DNA of 64,000 nt from Calditrichia bacterium (GCA_050633245.1 JBOEGD010000022.1:42076-106075); one strand, 5' to 3'. Shown: positions 8,385-18,787, numbered from the stretch's first letter. The notes: a model not told the origin generated them from the sequence alone. Numbers and translations are program-made.

Positions 8385-10673
8385 ATGAAAAAACAATTGT
8401 CGTATTTAATGGCCTTGCTCTTATTTCCAATACTTGCTTTTGCACAAACCGGCTCTATCCAGGGGAAAATAATGGATGGCTCCAGCCGGCAACCACTGGT
8501 TGCGGTCAATGTTACACTAGATGGTCAGGCAATGGGAACAGCCAGTGGCCCGGATGGCAGCTATGATATTGCAGATGTCTCGGTCGGAAGCTATACGCTG
8601 GTTGCAGAGTTCATCGGCTATGAAGCAGTTTATCAAACGGATGTTATTGTTCGGAAGAATCGGATTACGTTTGTCAATATCGATCTGTATGAAGCCGTAA
8701 TCTCTGGAGAGGCTGTTACCATAACCGGTGGTTATTTTCAAAAGAAAGAGCGCAGCCGTGTACTAACCTCACTTTCCAAAGAAGAAATACGTCGTTCACC
8801 AGGAACAGCCGGTGAAATTACCCGGGTATTAACGGCTCTACCCAGCGTAGCGTCACGCGGGGAAAACAGTCAAGATATCGTCGTCCGCGGCGGTAGCCCC
8901 ATCGAAAATGGCTTCTATGTCGATAATATTCCGATACCGCAAATTGCTCACTTCACAACAGCTTCAGGGTCTTCTAATGGCCCGGTAGGTATTCTGAATA
9001 CCGATCTTATCGATAACGTCGATTTTTATAATGGTGGTTTCAGTTCGCGCTTCGGAGATCGCATGTCTGCGGTTATCGATGTGTCTTATCGCGAAGGAAA
9101 CCGCGAGGTGACGGATGCTCAGTTTGATGTGAACTTTGTGGGGTTTGGCGGAGTGGTAGACGGTCCATTAGGGGGTGGAAAAGGATCTTGGTTAATCTCC
9201 GGCCGACGTAGCTATTTGGATATCATTGCAGATGCAATTAACGCCGGAGGTGCACCGCGATTTGAAGATGTGCAGGGAAAACTGGTTTTCGATATCAGCC
9301 CGACCAATAAACTAACCTTCCTGAATATCTTTGGAAATAATGCTTTCAATCAAGATCAAGAAGACTCGTTTGACGAAGGCTTTGACGAATATATTGAAGT
9401 ATCTAATAAACAGAACACCTCCGGCGCAAATTGGTTTACGCTCTGGAATAAAAAGGCATGGTCAAATACCGCTGTTTCCTACACCTACAAAACGCATGAC
9501 ATCGACGTGAACAACACGGTTAGTGGTGATACGGAGTTTCAAAATGATTTTGTGGAAAGTACGACAACAGTTCGGCATACGACGTTTCTGCAGCCCGTCG
9601 GGCAGTTGGATCTGGAAGTTGGATTAGACTATTCTTTTGAAGACGGTACGTATGACTACAGACGTCTTGTAGCAGACACCAGCTTGGGCGGTATTGGCAG
9701 ACCCATTGAAAATCGGCTCGATCAATCTGTCTCCGGTAGCAAGTTTGGTGGGTTTTTAAATGCTACTTTTCAACCGGTAAAGCCGCTAAGTATTTCGCTG
9801 GGAATACGTGGTGACTATAGTTCATACAATGAAGCCTCGACTGTCTCTCCACGTCTTTCAGCCTCCTGGCAAGCAACTTCTCGGCTCGCGTTTAATGCTT
9901 CGTACGGCGTGTTTCATCAAGGACTTCAAAGATTCTTGCTCTCTCAAGACGAAGAGTTCGAGGCGCTGGATGATATGAAGTCGACGCATTATGTTGCCGG
10001 ACTGGAGTATCTGCTAACGGCTGATACGCGTTTGACGATTGAGGTCTTTAATAAAGACTATGAGAACATTCCGCAGGCTGAAGCAGCAACGTCTCCGGTT
10101 GGACCGGTCTATATCCCGGACTGGCGTTTTGGTGAAACGAATTGGGGGCCGCTAAACAGCAATGGCGAAGGCTACTCGCGTGGTGTTGAGGTTTTAGTAC
10201 AGAAAAAGTTGGCGGAGAAGTTCTATGGTATCGTAAGCGGAAGTTTCTTTCGTAGTCGCTATACCGATTTCAATGGGGTTGAACGCAGCCGTGATTATGA
10301 CAATAAATATTTGTTTAATGTGATCGGGGGTTATAAGCCGAACAACAAGTGGGAATTCTCCGTGCGCTGGACATATTTAGGAGAGCGGCCTTATACTGAA
10401 ATCAATGAGGCGGCATCGGTTCAAACGCAGTCGCAGCGGCTTTTTGTCGATCGCACCAACGAAGCGACACTTCCGGCGTATCACTCGCTGTTCTTTCGCT
10501 CAGATCGTCGCTTTAATGTAAAAGGTTCAACGTTGATTGCCTATCTAAGCGTTTGGAATGCCTACAACCGTGAGAATGTTGATGCGTTTGTTTGGAGTAA
10601 TCTGGAGCAGCGTATTCTGAAGGAAACGCAATTTTCACTGCTGCCAATTTTTGGCATCGAATACGAATTTTAG
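8385..10673 (+). CDS. TonB-dependent receptor with N-terminal carboxypeptidase-regulatory-like domain
   Basis: Signal peptide, GSIQGKI domain, plug VRGGSPIENGFYVDNIPI...GGFSSRFGDRMSAVID, C-terminal FGIEYEF. Confidence 0.92.
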   Translation: MKKQLSYLMALLLFPILAFAQTGSIQGKIMDGSSRQPLVAVNVTLDGQAMGTASGPDGSYDIADVSVGSYTLVAEFIGYEAVYQTDVIVRKNRITFVNIDLYEAVISGEAVTITGGYFQKKERSRVLTSLSKEEIRRSPGTAGEITRVLTALPSVASRGENSQDIVVRGGSPIENGFYVDNIPIPQIAHFTTASGSSNGPVGILNTDLIDNVDFYNGGFSSRFGDRMSAVIDVSYREGNREVTDAQFDVNFVGFGGVVDGPLGGGKGSWLISGRRSYLDIIADAINAGGAPRFEDVQGKLVFDISPTNKLTFLNIFGNNAFNQDQEDSFDEGFDEYIEVSNKQNTSGANWFTLWNKKAWSNTAVSYTYKTHDIDVNNTVSGDTEFQNDFVESTTTVRHTTFLQPVGQLDLEVGLDYSFEDGTYDYRRLVADTSLGGIGRPIENRLDQSVSGSKFGGFLNATFQPVKPLSISLGIRGDYSSYNEASTVSPRLSASWQATSRLAFNASYGVFHQGLQRFLLSQDEEFEALDDMKSTHYVAGLEYLLTADTRLTIEVFNKDYENIPQAEAATSPVGPVYIPDWRFGETNWGPLNSNGEGYSRGVEVLVQKKLAEKFYGIVSGSFFRSRYTDFNGVERSRDYDNKYLFNVIGGYKPNNKWEFSVRWTYLGERPYTEINEAASVQTQSQRLFVDRTNEATLPAYHSLFFRSDRRFNVKGSTLIAYLSVWNAYNRENVDAFVWSNLEQRILKETQFSLLPIFGIEYEF

Positions 10674-10737
10674 GCCTTCCCCCAAAAAAGCCTTCGCTAC
10701 TCATATTTTTTGCAGCACGATTGGAGCGGCGAGGGCT

Positions 10738-11460
10738 TTAACTAAACGGATGCTCTCTGGCACGTTTGTAGAGAATCTCCCGTCGTACATCCGGCGAGGG
10801 TTGCGTATAAATCATTTTGAATAGGAGTGTAATCAGAAGACCTGCAGCGAACCCACCGATATGGGCAAAGAAGGCCACTCCTCCACTTCCGGCGACTCCA
10901 AGGCTACTGAAGCCACTGAAAATTTGAATTCCGAACCAAAGTGCAAGCATTACCCAGGCCGGCCACTCGCCCCAGAGTGGAATAACTACCAGCACAATAA
11001 TCCCTTTTACCCTCACCCCGGGGAAGAGAACCAAATAACTACCCAAGATGCCGGCAATGGCTCCGCTGGCACCAACCATTGGAATAGTTGAAGTAGGATC
11101 AATAATGACTTGTGCATAAACAGCCGCAATGCCACAGGCAAAATACAAGACCAGATAGCCGATTACTCCAAATCGATCTTCAACGTTATCGCCGAATATC
11201 CATAAGTAGAGCATGTTCCCGCCCAGGTGCATTAGCCCACCGTGAAAAAACATGCTGCGTACGATATCCAGAAAAGTCTCCATTGATAACGGAGCTGCAG
11301 AAATGTTCGCCGGCACTACAGAGTATACTTGAAACAGATGATTTACCTCTTCGGGAGACAGTGAACCCGTCCAGAAATAAATGGCAATATTTATCAACAG
11401 CAATGTGTAGGTTGCAATTGGTGTTCGTCGCGTTGGGTTCATGTCCTTGAATGGAAGCAC
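10738..11460 (-). CDS. Rhomboid family intramembrane serine protease
   Basis: HGGLMHLGGNMLYLWIFGDNVED, GASGA and AHIGGF motifs. Confidence 0.95.
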   Translation of the reverse strand: MLPFKDMNPTRRTPIATYTLLLINIAIYFWTGSLSPEEVNHLFQVYSVVPANISAAPLSMETFLDIVRSMFFHGGLMHLGGNMLYLWIFGDNVEDRFGVIGYLVLYFACGIAAVYAQVIIDPTSTIPMVGASGAIAGILGSYLVLFPGVRVKGIIVLVVIPLWGEWPAWVMLALWFGIQIFSGFSSLGVAGSGGVAFFAHIGGFAAGLLITLLFKMIYTQPSPDVRREILYKRAREHPFS

Positions 11461-11665
11461 AAGTGATCCTTTCGGTAGTATTCAAACAATGTGAGTAACT
11501 CTGTTCGATGTCCGTCAATGTAAGCGAAACGCTGCAATATGCCAAGAGATTCTGAGGCATTGCGAATGAGAATCTGTAAGACAAGATGTTGATTTTGTAT
11601 ATTATCTGCTGCATAATGTAGCATACATCTTACCCTTTCAAATAATGAACCACTCGGAGAGCTTT

Positions 11666-12682
11666 ATGAAATATATTGTATCAATACTGTTGGCATCCTT
11701 GTTCGTTAGTCAGCCAATTTTTTCACAAGACACGTTTTCCATCGTTGCTGTAGATACCATCACTGGTGAAGTGGGCAGTGCAGGCGCCTCTTGCGTTGCC
11801 GGCTCGATAATTCTAAGTGATGTGCATCCCGGAGTAGGGGTTGTGCATACCCAGTCGTTTTATCTGTCGTCTAACCAGCAATACGGCAGACAGCTGATGA
11901 ATCAGGGGTTTCCGCCGCAGCAGATTGTCGATTCGCTGGTGGCAAATGATGCGCAAAATAATCCAACCCGCAGACAGTATGGCGTGGTTGATTTAATCGA
12001 CAATGGGCGTAGTGCAGCATATACCGGCGTAAACTGTTTCGATTGGAAGGGCCAGACGCTCGGACAGACGTATGCGATTCAGGGAAATATTCTTTCCGGC
12101 CCGGAAGTCTTGGACTCAATGGAAACACGTTTTCTGGCCACCTCTGGAGATCTCGCCGAAAAGTTGATGGCCGCCTTACAGGGCGCAAACTTTGCTGGTG
12201 CTGATGTGCGCTGTTTGGGGGCTGGAACCTCGTCAATCTCAGCGTTTATTCGAGTAGCTAAACCCAATGATATGCCAGGCAAATTCCATCTGGATCTGAA
12301 TGTAAACAGCACGGCAACCGGTGTAGAACCTATCGATTCACTGCAAGTGCTGTTTAATAGCTGGCGAGGACCTACCGGTGTAGAACCCGTAGCAACCCGA
12401 CAAATTGAGACCTTTCAGCTAGAACAAAACTATCCGAATCCGTTTAATCCGGAGACGACTATTCGCTATCAGCTGAACCGTCGTTCGAATATTAGTCTAA
12501 AGGTTTTCACGCTGTTGGGACAGGAAGTTGCAACGCTGGTGGCAGAACAACAGACAGTAGGCAGCTATTCTGTTAAATGGGATGGCACGACCTATGAGGG
12601 CAATGCAGCTGCGGGGGTCTATTTGTATCGCCTGCGCGTTGGTACTGAGGCTGTTACAAGACAAATGATTTTGGCAAAATAA
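11666..12682 (+). CDS. DUF1028 (Ntn-hydrolase-like) protein with T9SS type A sorting domain
   Basis: Signal peptide then TFSIVAVD...GEVGSA, RQYGVVD, QGNIL; C-terminal LEQNYPNPFNPET...GVYLYRL. Confidence 0.88.
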   Translation: MKYIVSILLASLFVSQPIFSQDTFSIVAVDTITGEVGSAGASCVAGSIILSDVHPGVGVVHTQSFYLSSNQQYGRQLMNQGFPPQQIVDSLVANDAQNNPTRRQYGVVDLIDNGRSAAYTGVNCFDWKGQTLGQTYAIQGNILSGPEVLDSMETRFLATSGDLAEKLMAALQGANFAGADVRCLGAGTSSISAFIRVAKPNDMPGKFHLDLNVNSTATGVEPIDSLQVLFNSWRGPTGVEPVATRQIETFQLEQNYPNPFNPETTIRYQLNRRSNISLKVFTLLGQEVATLVAEQQTVGSYSVKWDGTTYEGNAAAGVYLYRLRVGTEAVTRQMILAK

Positions 12683-12685
12683 GGG

Positions 12686-12718
12686 AAACTGGAGCAGTTT
12701 TCAAAACTGCTCCAGTTT
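12686..12718. repeat. REP-like palindrome (ACTGGAGCAGT family), probably also a terminator between convergent genes
   Basis: AAACTGGAGCAGTTTTCAAAACTGCTCCAGTTT; further copies at 23845 and 25116. Confidence 0.85.
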
Positions 12719-12722
12719 TGTG

Positions 12723-13985
12723 CTATCCCTTTAAAAGCTGGAGCGGCTTGCCGTTCCAGCCGGGAAAAAGAGCAGCCTGATTTTTAACGCGTAAATGCTT
12801 AACGGCAACCTCGGTAAATAACGAGCGAAAGTCTATCTGAACAGGCAGGTCGCGGCCATCTTCAAGTGCATCTACATCTAGTTCCGGAATACCGCCGTAA
12901 ATTTGCCCGCCCTCGACATTGTTGCCCAATACAAACATGCAGGATGCGCGGCCGTGGTCGGTTCCCACACTACCATTCTCCGCAACGGTGCGGCCGAATT
13001 CCGTCATTGTCATGAGCGTTACATTGTCCTGATAAACGCCAAGATCAGTCCAGAAGGCGTTTATACAGTCAGCTAGATCGTCTGCTCTTCTTGCGAAGGA
13101 ACCGGTTGCCGTTCCCTGACGCACATGCGTATCCCACCCATTACTCTCGGCAAAAGCGACTTCAAGACCGACATCTGCTTTTACAAGAATTGCTATCTGC
13201 TTTAGATTCTTTCCAAGTGGAGACGTTGGGTATTTAGCACCATTGGCTGGCTTATAACCGTTTATCTCAATATCTGATATGGTGCGTATGGCATCGAAGC
13301 TGTCCTTGCCGCTTTCTTTTAGCAAGTCCTGTGTTGTCTGGCGATACAGCTCTTCGATGCTCTTACCGGCACTTTGCACCACTGCTCTTGCTTGTCTGCC
13401 GGAAAGCTTGAAATCGTTTAAGTCTGTTAAGGCAATTGCCGCATTATTGCCATAAAGCGCTCGCGGCATTGCGGGCGTCATTGAAACGGCCTGAAAAGGA
13501 GTTGCTTCATGCCCCATCAAACCAATGGCCCGATTGAGCCAACCACTGGAAGTCCCTTTGTCTCCAGGTGTACCCGTCTCCATATAGTCCTGAGCGTCAA
13601 AATGAGAGCGGGTGTTATTTGGTGATCCGATGCCGTGAACAATAGCCAGCCGCTCTTCATCGTAGAAGCGCTTAAGCGAAGCGAATGACGGATGCAGTCC
13701 AAAATTACCATCCAGTTCCAAGAGGCGACGCTCCGCAGACTTCGCTGCTGTCATTCCAAGATTGGGGCGCAGTTTCAGCAATCGCGGATCATTCAGTGGC
13801 GAGACGGCCATCAGGCCATCCATTGCACCACGCTGGAAAATTGTAACCAGAGTATTGCGACGACGATAGCCGCTCAAATTTTCGGCAGCCTGGGCAGTAC
13901 GAGATAAGAATAGCGGCGTTCCACCGACAGAAAGTGAAAAAAGCGCCAAGCCTCCGGCTTTTAGAAATGCGCGTCTTGAGATCAT
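12723..13985 (-). CDS. DUF1501 domain-containing protein (Tat signal)
   Basis: SRRAFLK Tat motif; RGAMDGL, RSHFDAQ, GWDTH, TEFGRT..EN...GTDHG motifs. Confidence 0.92.
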   Translation of the reverse strand: MISRRAFLKAGGLALFSLSVGGTPLFLSRTAQAAENLSGYRRRNTLVTIFQRGAMDGLMAVSPLNDPRLLKLRPNLGMTAAKSAERRLLELDGNFGLHPSFASLKRFYDEERLAIVHGIGSPNNTRSHFDAQDYMETGTPGDKGTSSGWLNRAIGLMGHEATPFQAVSMTPAMPRALYGNNAAIALTDLNDFKLSGRQARAVVQSAGKSIEELYRQTTQDLLKESGKDSFDAIRTISDIEINGYKPANGAKYPTSPLGKNLKQIAILVKADVGLEVAFAESNGWDTHVRQGTATGSFARRADDLADCINAFWTDLGVYQDNVTLMTMTEFGRTVAENGSVGTDHGRASCMFVLGNNVEGGQIYGGIPELDVDALEDGRDLPVQIDFRSLFTEVAVKHLRVKNQAALFPGWNGKPLQLLKG

Positions 13986-14079
13986 TGCCTATCCTTTCAA
14001 CGAATACTTTTATTGCCTGAAACGAAATTTATTCCGTGGTTGATCGCGAGCGAATAAATCTCCTCGCGGAACTATGTGT

Positions 14080-15993
14080 TTATCTGCGCTGAAACTCAGG
14101 CGAACCGAGCAGAATACCAACGACCTGAGCCAAATTTACTTCAGCATTCGTTCGCGTCAAATTTAAGTCCTCCGGATTCTCTTCCAGCAGATCTTTAGCG
14201 ACAGCAGTCTTTTTCTCAAGCGCTTTTGATACTTTCTTGTCAATTAGCGGGTCGTAAATCAGCGGAAGCAATATGTCGATCGTTTCGCTTAGGTCACGCT
14301 CCGGTAGCAGAAGGTTTGCATAGGTTGTCAGGGCGGCTTCTGCTGATTCTGGCTCGTGGTGATTATTCAACTTAGACAAGTCTATTTTAATGCCCTTTAT
14401 GCGATTGTCCGCTAATGAGAGACCAAATTTCATACGGTTTAGTAAAGATCCGGTGTTAATCCATGCCTCAGCTCGATCAGGGTAACCGGATGGTGCCTGA
14501 TAACCATATACATTTTGGCCCATTCTGAAAATCCACTGCTGTACTTGTCTTGGATTGTTCATTTTAGCATCTACAGCACGCAGCGAGCTGACCACCAGTT
14601 CGAATGGTGATTTTATTTTGGAGCGATGACTCTGCCAAAACTCCGGAGACTCGATAAGCGTTTGCATGACGCTGCGAATGTTTCCATTGCTGCTTAAAAA
14701 GCTTTTGGCCATTCGTTTTACTACGCTCTCGGGTGGAGAATCATCGATAAAACGTGCTGCGAGTTTGCGAGAAATATGGCTCGCTGTGGACGGATGTGCA
14801 GCTAGCATTCGCAGCAACTCTTCACCCTCTTCAAGGCCACGCCCAGCCGGGAAATGCTTTCCGAGTGCCTTCTTGGCATAGGCATCATGATGATCTCCAC
14901 GAAAGTAAAAATCGCCTTGCCGCACAAAACCAAGTCGACGATTATGAGCCAAACGCTTTTTAATCTTCTCTGCCGAACCTTTCTCATGGAAGATATTCCA
15001 GCCGGTGAAGATGCGTGCAATCTCTGTAATGTCCTTCTGCGTATAACCGCCATCAACACCCATTGTATGTAGTTCTAAAAGCTCTCGTGCATAATTTTCA
15101 TTGATGCCGCGAAATTTGCTGCGCTTTCCCTTGCGCCTATTCTCTTGTAGAAGCCGACGCTTCTTGCGGCGACGCTCGATAATCTCATTTTCCGGTCGTT
15201 TATTAAAACGCATTTCTTCTTCCGATTTTATATCGCTAAGCGTTTGAACGGTGTCGGGGGCAAAGGAACGAATATTGTCGAGGTAAAAAAGCATAGCCGG
15301 GTGCTTGGCTGTTGCCATAAGCATGTCAGAAAAGCTACCGAGCACAAATGGCCGAATTGTATCACGTTCGAAGGTTGGCACAAATGGCCGCACTTCGCCA
15401 TCTAATGTCGACACAGAAAAATGATTGAACCAGAAGTCTACCAGCATTTCCCGCAGTTGGTTGTCGCTTGAAGTAGCCAAATAGAGTTTATGAGCCTGAG
15501 CGAGTTTTATTAATCCGGATCGGCGTTTCAGATTGTTCTTCTCATAGTAGGAATCGAGAATCTTCTTTTGTTTTGTATATGGAAGGGTTTGAAAGTTCTT
15601 TGGAAGATAACCTTCTTTCCCGGCATTTTGTTTTACCTGACCATGATGCGGATGCATATCGAATATTTCTCGCGTTGTTAATGGTAGATAATAAACTTTC
15701 TTAAGATCTTTAGCCAATCGCTCATCGCTAAACGCGCCGTCCAGCTGCATTTGCACCCATTTATCGATACCAAAATCCACCATTTTATCAACATCACCGG
15801 GACCGCCGCCAAAGGCCAATCGGTTGAGTAGATGAGCTGCTGCCTGTCTATCCGTCAGCCCCGCCTTTTTATATGGCAGTTTCATTTTAGCCGCCTTGCG
15901 TTGCTGCGGCTGTTCACTGTGGCCATCGGCACATGCAGTCACCATTAGTGCCAGAAGAAGGAGTAGTGTTGTTAACCGTTGTTGTGTCGTCAT
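14080..15993 (-). CDS. DUF1800 domain-containing lipoprotein
   Basis: HLLNRLAFG, LREMLVDFWFNHF, HPAMLFYLDN, NENYARELLELHTMG, SPEFQRR motifs; lipobox VTAC; typical partner of DUF1501. Confidence 0.92.
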   Translation of the reverse strand: MTTQQRLTTLLLLLALMVTACADGHSEQPQQRKAAKMKLPYKKAGLTDRQAAAHLLNRLAFGGGPGDVDKMVDFGIDKWVQMQLDGAFSDERLAKDLKKVYYLPLTTREIFDMHPHHGQVKQNAGKEGYLPKNFQTLPYTKQKKILDSYYEKNNLKRRSGLIKLAQAHKLYLATSSDNQLREMLVDFWFNHFSVSTLDGEVRPFVPTFERDTIRPFVLGSFSDMLMATAKHPAMLFYLDNIRSFAPDTVQTLSDIKSEEEMRFNKRPENEIIERRRKKRRLLQENRRKGKRSKFRGINENYARELLELHTMGVDGGYTQKDITEIARIFTGWNIFHEKGSAEKIKKRLAHNRRLGFVRQGDFYFRGDHHDAYAKKALGKHFPAGRGLEEGEELLRMLAAHPSTASHISRKLAARFIDDSPPESVVKRMAKSFLSSNGNIRSVMQTLIESPEFWQSHRSKIKSPFELVVSSLRAVDAKMNNPRQVQQWIFRMGQNVYGYQAPSGYPDRAEAWINTGSLLNRMKFGLSLADNRIKGIKIDLSKLNNHHEPESAEAALTTYANLLLPERDLSETIDILLPLIYDPLIDKKVSKALEKKTAVAKDLLEENPEDLNLTRTNAEVNLAQVVGILLGSPEFQRR

Positions 15994-16029
15994 CTCTAAT
16001 TGCTTTTCTGTTTCATAGCGGGTAACTTA

Positions 16030-16044
16030 ACAAGTTGTATGCCA
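16030..16044 (-). promoter_or_regulatory. Putative sigma54 promoter of the DUF1800-DUF1501 operon
   Basis: Minus strand TGGCATACAACTTGT (GG-N10-GT); imperfect palindromes around 16097-16145 could be enhancer sites. Confidence 0.45.
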
Positions 16045-16160
16045 AAGAAGCATATTAACTAAAATCGCGATTTTCAATAGAAAAAACCGTGATATGTGTC
16101 CGGTATAGTACAAACATCTGTACACAAGTCGGAAACGCGATACCCTGGTTTCGAACGTAA

Positions 16161-16246
16161 ATCATAACTCATCAATCGTAACTCATCAGTCATAACTCAT
16201 CAATCATAACTCATCAGTCATAACTCATCAATCATAACTCATCAAT
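16161..16246. repeat. Tandem repeat, 6 x 14 bp (heptamer-based)
   Basis: (a/g)TCATAACTCATCA x6, ending 4 bp before the ATG at 16251. Confidence 0.95.
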
Positions 16247-16250
16247 TTCT

Positions 16251-17027
16251 ATGTCTACCTGGAAAAGCTACATCATCTTACATAAGAAGCGACATCGTCG
16301 GGAAATCGGCCTGATGCTCGTTGAAGGCGCTCGTTTGTGTAGAGAAGCAATAACCTCTGCTATGGAATGTGAAGAGATATTCGTAACTGAATCTTTTCAG
16401 GAGAGCGATGAATGGAAGACAATCGAGACACTTGCCTGGAAGCGTCAGATAGAATGCAGGGTTATCGATGAAAAAAGTCTGAAGCGGCTGGCGGAGACCG
16501 AAAGCCCTCAGGGCATAATATTAATTGCTCATATTCCTAAAAATGACCTGAGCACGCTTTCTGTTGCGCCGGATTCTATCTTTTTGGTATTAGATAGTGT
16601 TCGTGACCCGGGGAATGTTGGTACGCTGATTCGCACTGCAGACTGGTTCAATGCTGCTGGAGTATTGCTTGCCGATAGCGTAGATCCCTGGAGCGGCAAG
16701 GTCCTGCGTTCATCAATGGGGTCGGCTTTTCGTCTGCCCGTTATAGAGACGGATATCGCCGAGGCATTAACCTGGCTGTCGCAAAATAAAATTGACTGTA
16801 TAGCGAGTACTTTGGAAGCAAAAGAAAACCTCGATACTGCAAAATTCAATAAGCCCACAGCATTATTGCTTGGCAGCGAGGCGCATGGTCTCTCTGCCGC
16901 CACAGTCGATAAGGCAAATCGAACCATGAAAATTGCTGGATTTGGTGGAGCTGAATCCTTAAATGTTGCTGTCGCAGGCGGCATATTCCTCGAAAAAATT
17001 GCTCGTACCCTCGGAAAGGACTCCTGA
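16251..17027 (+). CDS. TrmH/SpoU family RNA methyltransferase
   Basis: LDSVRDPGNVGTLIRTA, LLLGSEAHGLS, ESLNVAVA SPOUT motifs. Confidence 0.95.
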   Translation: MSTWKSYIILHKKRHRREIGLMLVEGARLCREAITSAMECEEIFVTESFQESDEWKTIETLAWKRQIECRVIDEKSLKRLAETESPQGIILIAHIPKNDLSTLSVAPDSIFLVLDSVRDPGNVGTLIRTADWFNAAGVLLADSVDPWSGKVLRSSMGSAFRLPVIETDIAEALTWLSQNKIDCIASTLEAKENLDTAKFNKPTALLLGSEAHGLSAATVDKANRTMKIAGFGGAESLNVAVAGGIFLEKIARTLGKDS

Positions 17028-17028
17028 T

Positions 17029-17907
17029 ATGCAGCCTCCTGTTGAAAATGAAAAGCCACAGTGGCCAACTCCCTTTGAGGCGGTATTAGTTTTGGTTGGT
17101 AGTATGTTTTTTATGGCATTGCTGCACTCTATTTATTTAGTGGCTGTCGGGGTGGAAGACCCATCCGCAATGCTTAGTTCGATGGAACTTAAACTATTTA
17201 CGATCACCGGTGGTTTGTCCATTGGAGTGTTTCCCCTCATTTTTGCGCGAATTCGTGAATACGATGTTGTTAGTCTTTTTCGTCTGAATCCACTTGAACC
17301 GGGAATTATTTTATATGGAGTGGGAATTGGACTCTGTCTTGCCGTTTTGGGAGATGAAGTAAGTCGACTTGTCGAATTAGCGTTTCCGGTTCCCGAAGAG
17401 ATCAGAGAGAATCTCGCCAAGACGGTAATTGCGGAATCCTTCGCTGAATTCATTGTTTTGTTTATTGGAGTGGTTATAATTGCTTCTGTTGTGGAAGAAG
17501 CGCTCTTCCGAGGTTTTCTGCAAGTAAGCATGGAAAAGCAGATTGATGTAACTCGTGCCGTGGTTATCAGCACTGTTGCCTGGGCAGCAATGCACTTAAA
17601 TCCGGAAATGCCGGCCATTGCCATTCCATTACTGTTGTCGGGCTTTATTTCAGGTTATCTGGCATGGCGAACCAACAGCATTGTTTTACCGATTGCCATT
17701 CACGCCGTGAATAACTTGCTGGCACTGATATATTACAATATGGATTTTGAAGAGATTTTCTTCTTTTATGCCTGGAATGGCCACGTTTCGCCTATTTTGA
17801 TAATCGGCTGTATTGCAGGATTATACGTCATGCTTACAAGGCTGGACGCTTACTATAGCGCGATGTTGCGATCTTCCAGCACAGGAGATGAAGGCTCAGG
17901 AAGCTGA
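17029..17907 (+). CDS. CPBP (Abi/CAAX) family intramembrane glutamic endopeptidase
   Basis: EEALFRG, WAAMH and HAVNN motifs; multiple TM segments. Confidence 0.9.
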   Translation: MQPPVENEKPQWPTPFEAVLVLVGSMFFMALLHSIYLVAVGVEDPSAMLSSMELKLFTITGGLSIGVFPLIFARIREYDVVSLFRLNPLEPGIILYGVGIGLCLAVLGDEVSRLVELAFPVPEEIRENLAKTVIAESFAEFIVLFIGVVIIASVVEEALFRGFLQVSMEKQIDVTRAVVISTVAWAAMHLNPEMPAIAIPLLLSGFISGYLAWRTNSIVLPIAIHAVNNLLALIYYNMDFEEIFFFYAWNGHVSPILIIGCIAGLYVMLTRLDAYYSAMLRSSSTGDEGSGS

Positions 17908-18548
17908 ACCGGGTTTTTGCGAAAATACTCGAGTAGATTTTCCTCTGCATTCTTCACATCTATTGCACGGCTGTTTTTGAGCGTATCGCAGACTGCTTGC
18001 GGCGTTACGTTTTCCCGTTCTGCAACCTCCCGATATGTGCCTAAATCCTTATAGCTCCAGAACAGTCGATAATGGCGCTCATTCCAGCGTTTACGAATGG
18101 CTGTAATTAGTTGAAAAATTGTATTGGTGAGCATGTCGAGGGCAGGGTTTTCAGAGAGAATGCTGTAAGCGTATTTTTTCTTTTTGGCTGTATGCAGGGC
18201 GTTACTGGCGCGATGAAAGGCCGGACCGTCCATCTCAATAGGTAAAATACCACCCATCTTATAAACCTTGCCGATCCCAAGGCCAAAGCGTAACTGTACC
18301 GGGGCCGTCAGCTTTTCCAGCGCCAAAACAATTCTAAAGGCGGTTTCCAGATCATTCAATAGTCCCTGAAACTCATCTCCCTTGGAAATTGTAATTGGAG
18401 CTTCTAACTGATCTTTGAACTCTTCATTAATCTGCACAACAGCAGACTTTACAAAGAGTTGCGTTTTGTAGCGGTTGCGGCTTGTCAACTGCTTTGAGCC
18501 GCTGATGTCACCAATCATTACTACATACTTTTTGTTTTCAGATTCCAT
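17853..18548 (-). CDS. SatD family protein
   Basis: VMIGDISGSK, GDEFQG, LRFGLGIG, DGPAFHRA motifs and C-terminal HTH (REVAERENVTPQAV). Confidence 0.85.
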   Translation of the reverse strand: MESENKKYVVMIGDISGSKQLTSRNRYKTQLFVKSAVVQINEEFKDQLEAPITISKGDEFQGLLNDLETAFRIVLALEKLTAPVQLRFGLGIGKVYKMGGILPIEMDGPAFHRASNALHTAKKKKYAYSILSENPALDMLTNTIFQLITAIRKRWNERHYRLFWSYKDLGTYREVAERENVTPQAVCDTLKNSRAIDVKNAEENLLEYFRKNPVQLPEPSSPVLEDRNIAL

Positions 18549-18787
18549 TTGAACCCCTGGGTTTATGAATCGGACAACAAATAATTTTGAAGATCATGCC
18601 CGGAAGATGTTCATAAAGCGATCTTCTTCACTAGGTATCGTCATAATCGACAGCCATTTTTAGCAAACAGATTGGCGGCAGCCAGATCGTACTACATTCC
18701 TGCATCATTCCATTTCAGCAATTTTACACCGTTAGCTGGAATCCCCAAGTTCACATCCAGTGAAACAATCTACAGGGCGATATGCAA

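Noticed and set aside
14025-14068. Imperfect palindrome between DUF1800 and DUF1501
   Set aside because: Single degenerate copy with 6-bp arms; may be a REP remnant but cannot be supported.
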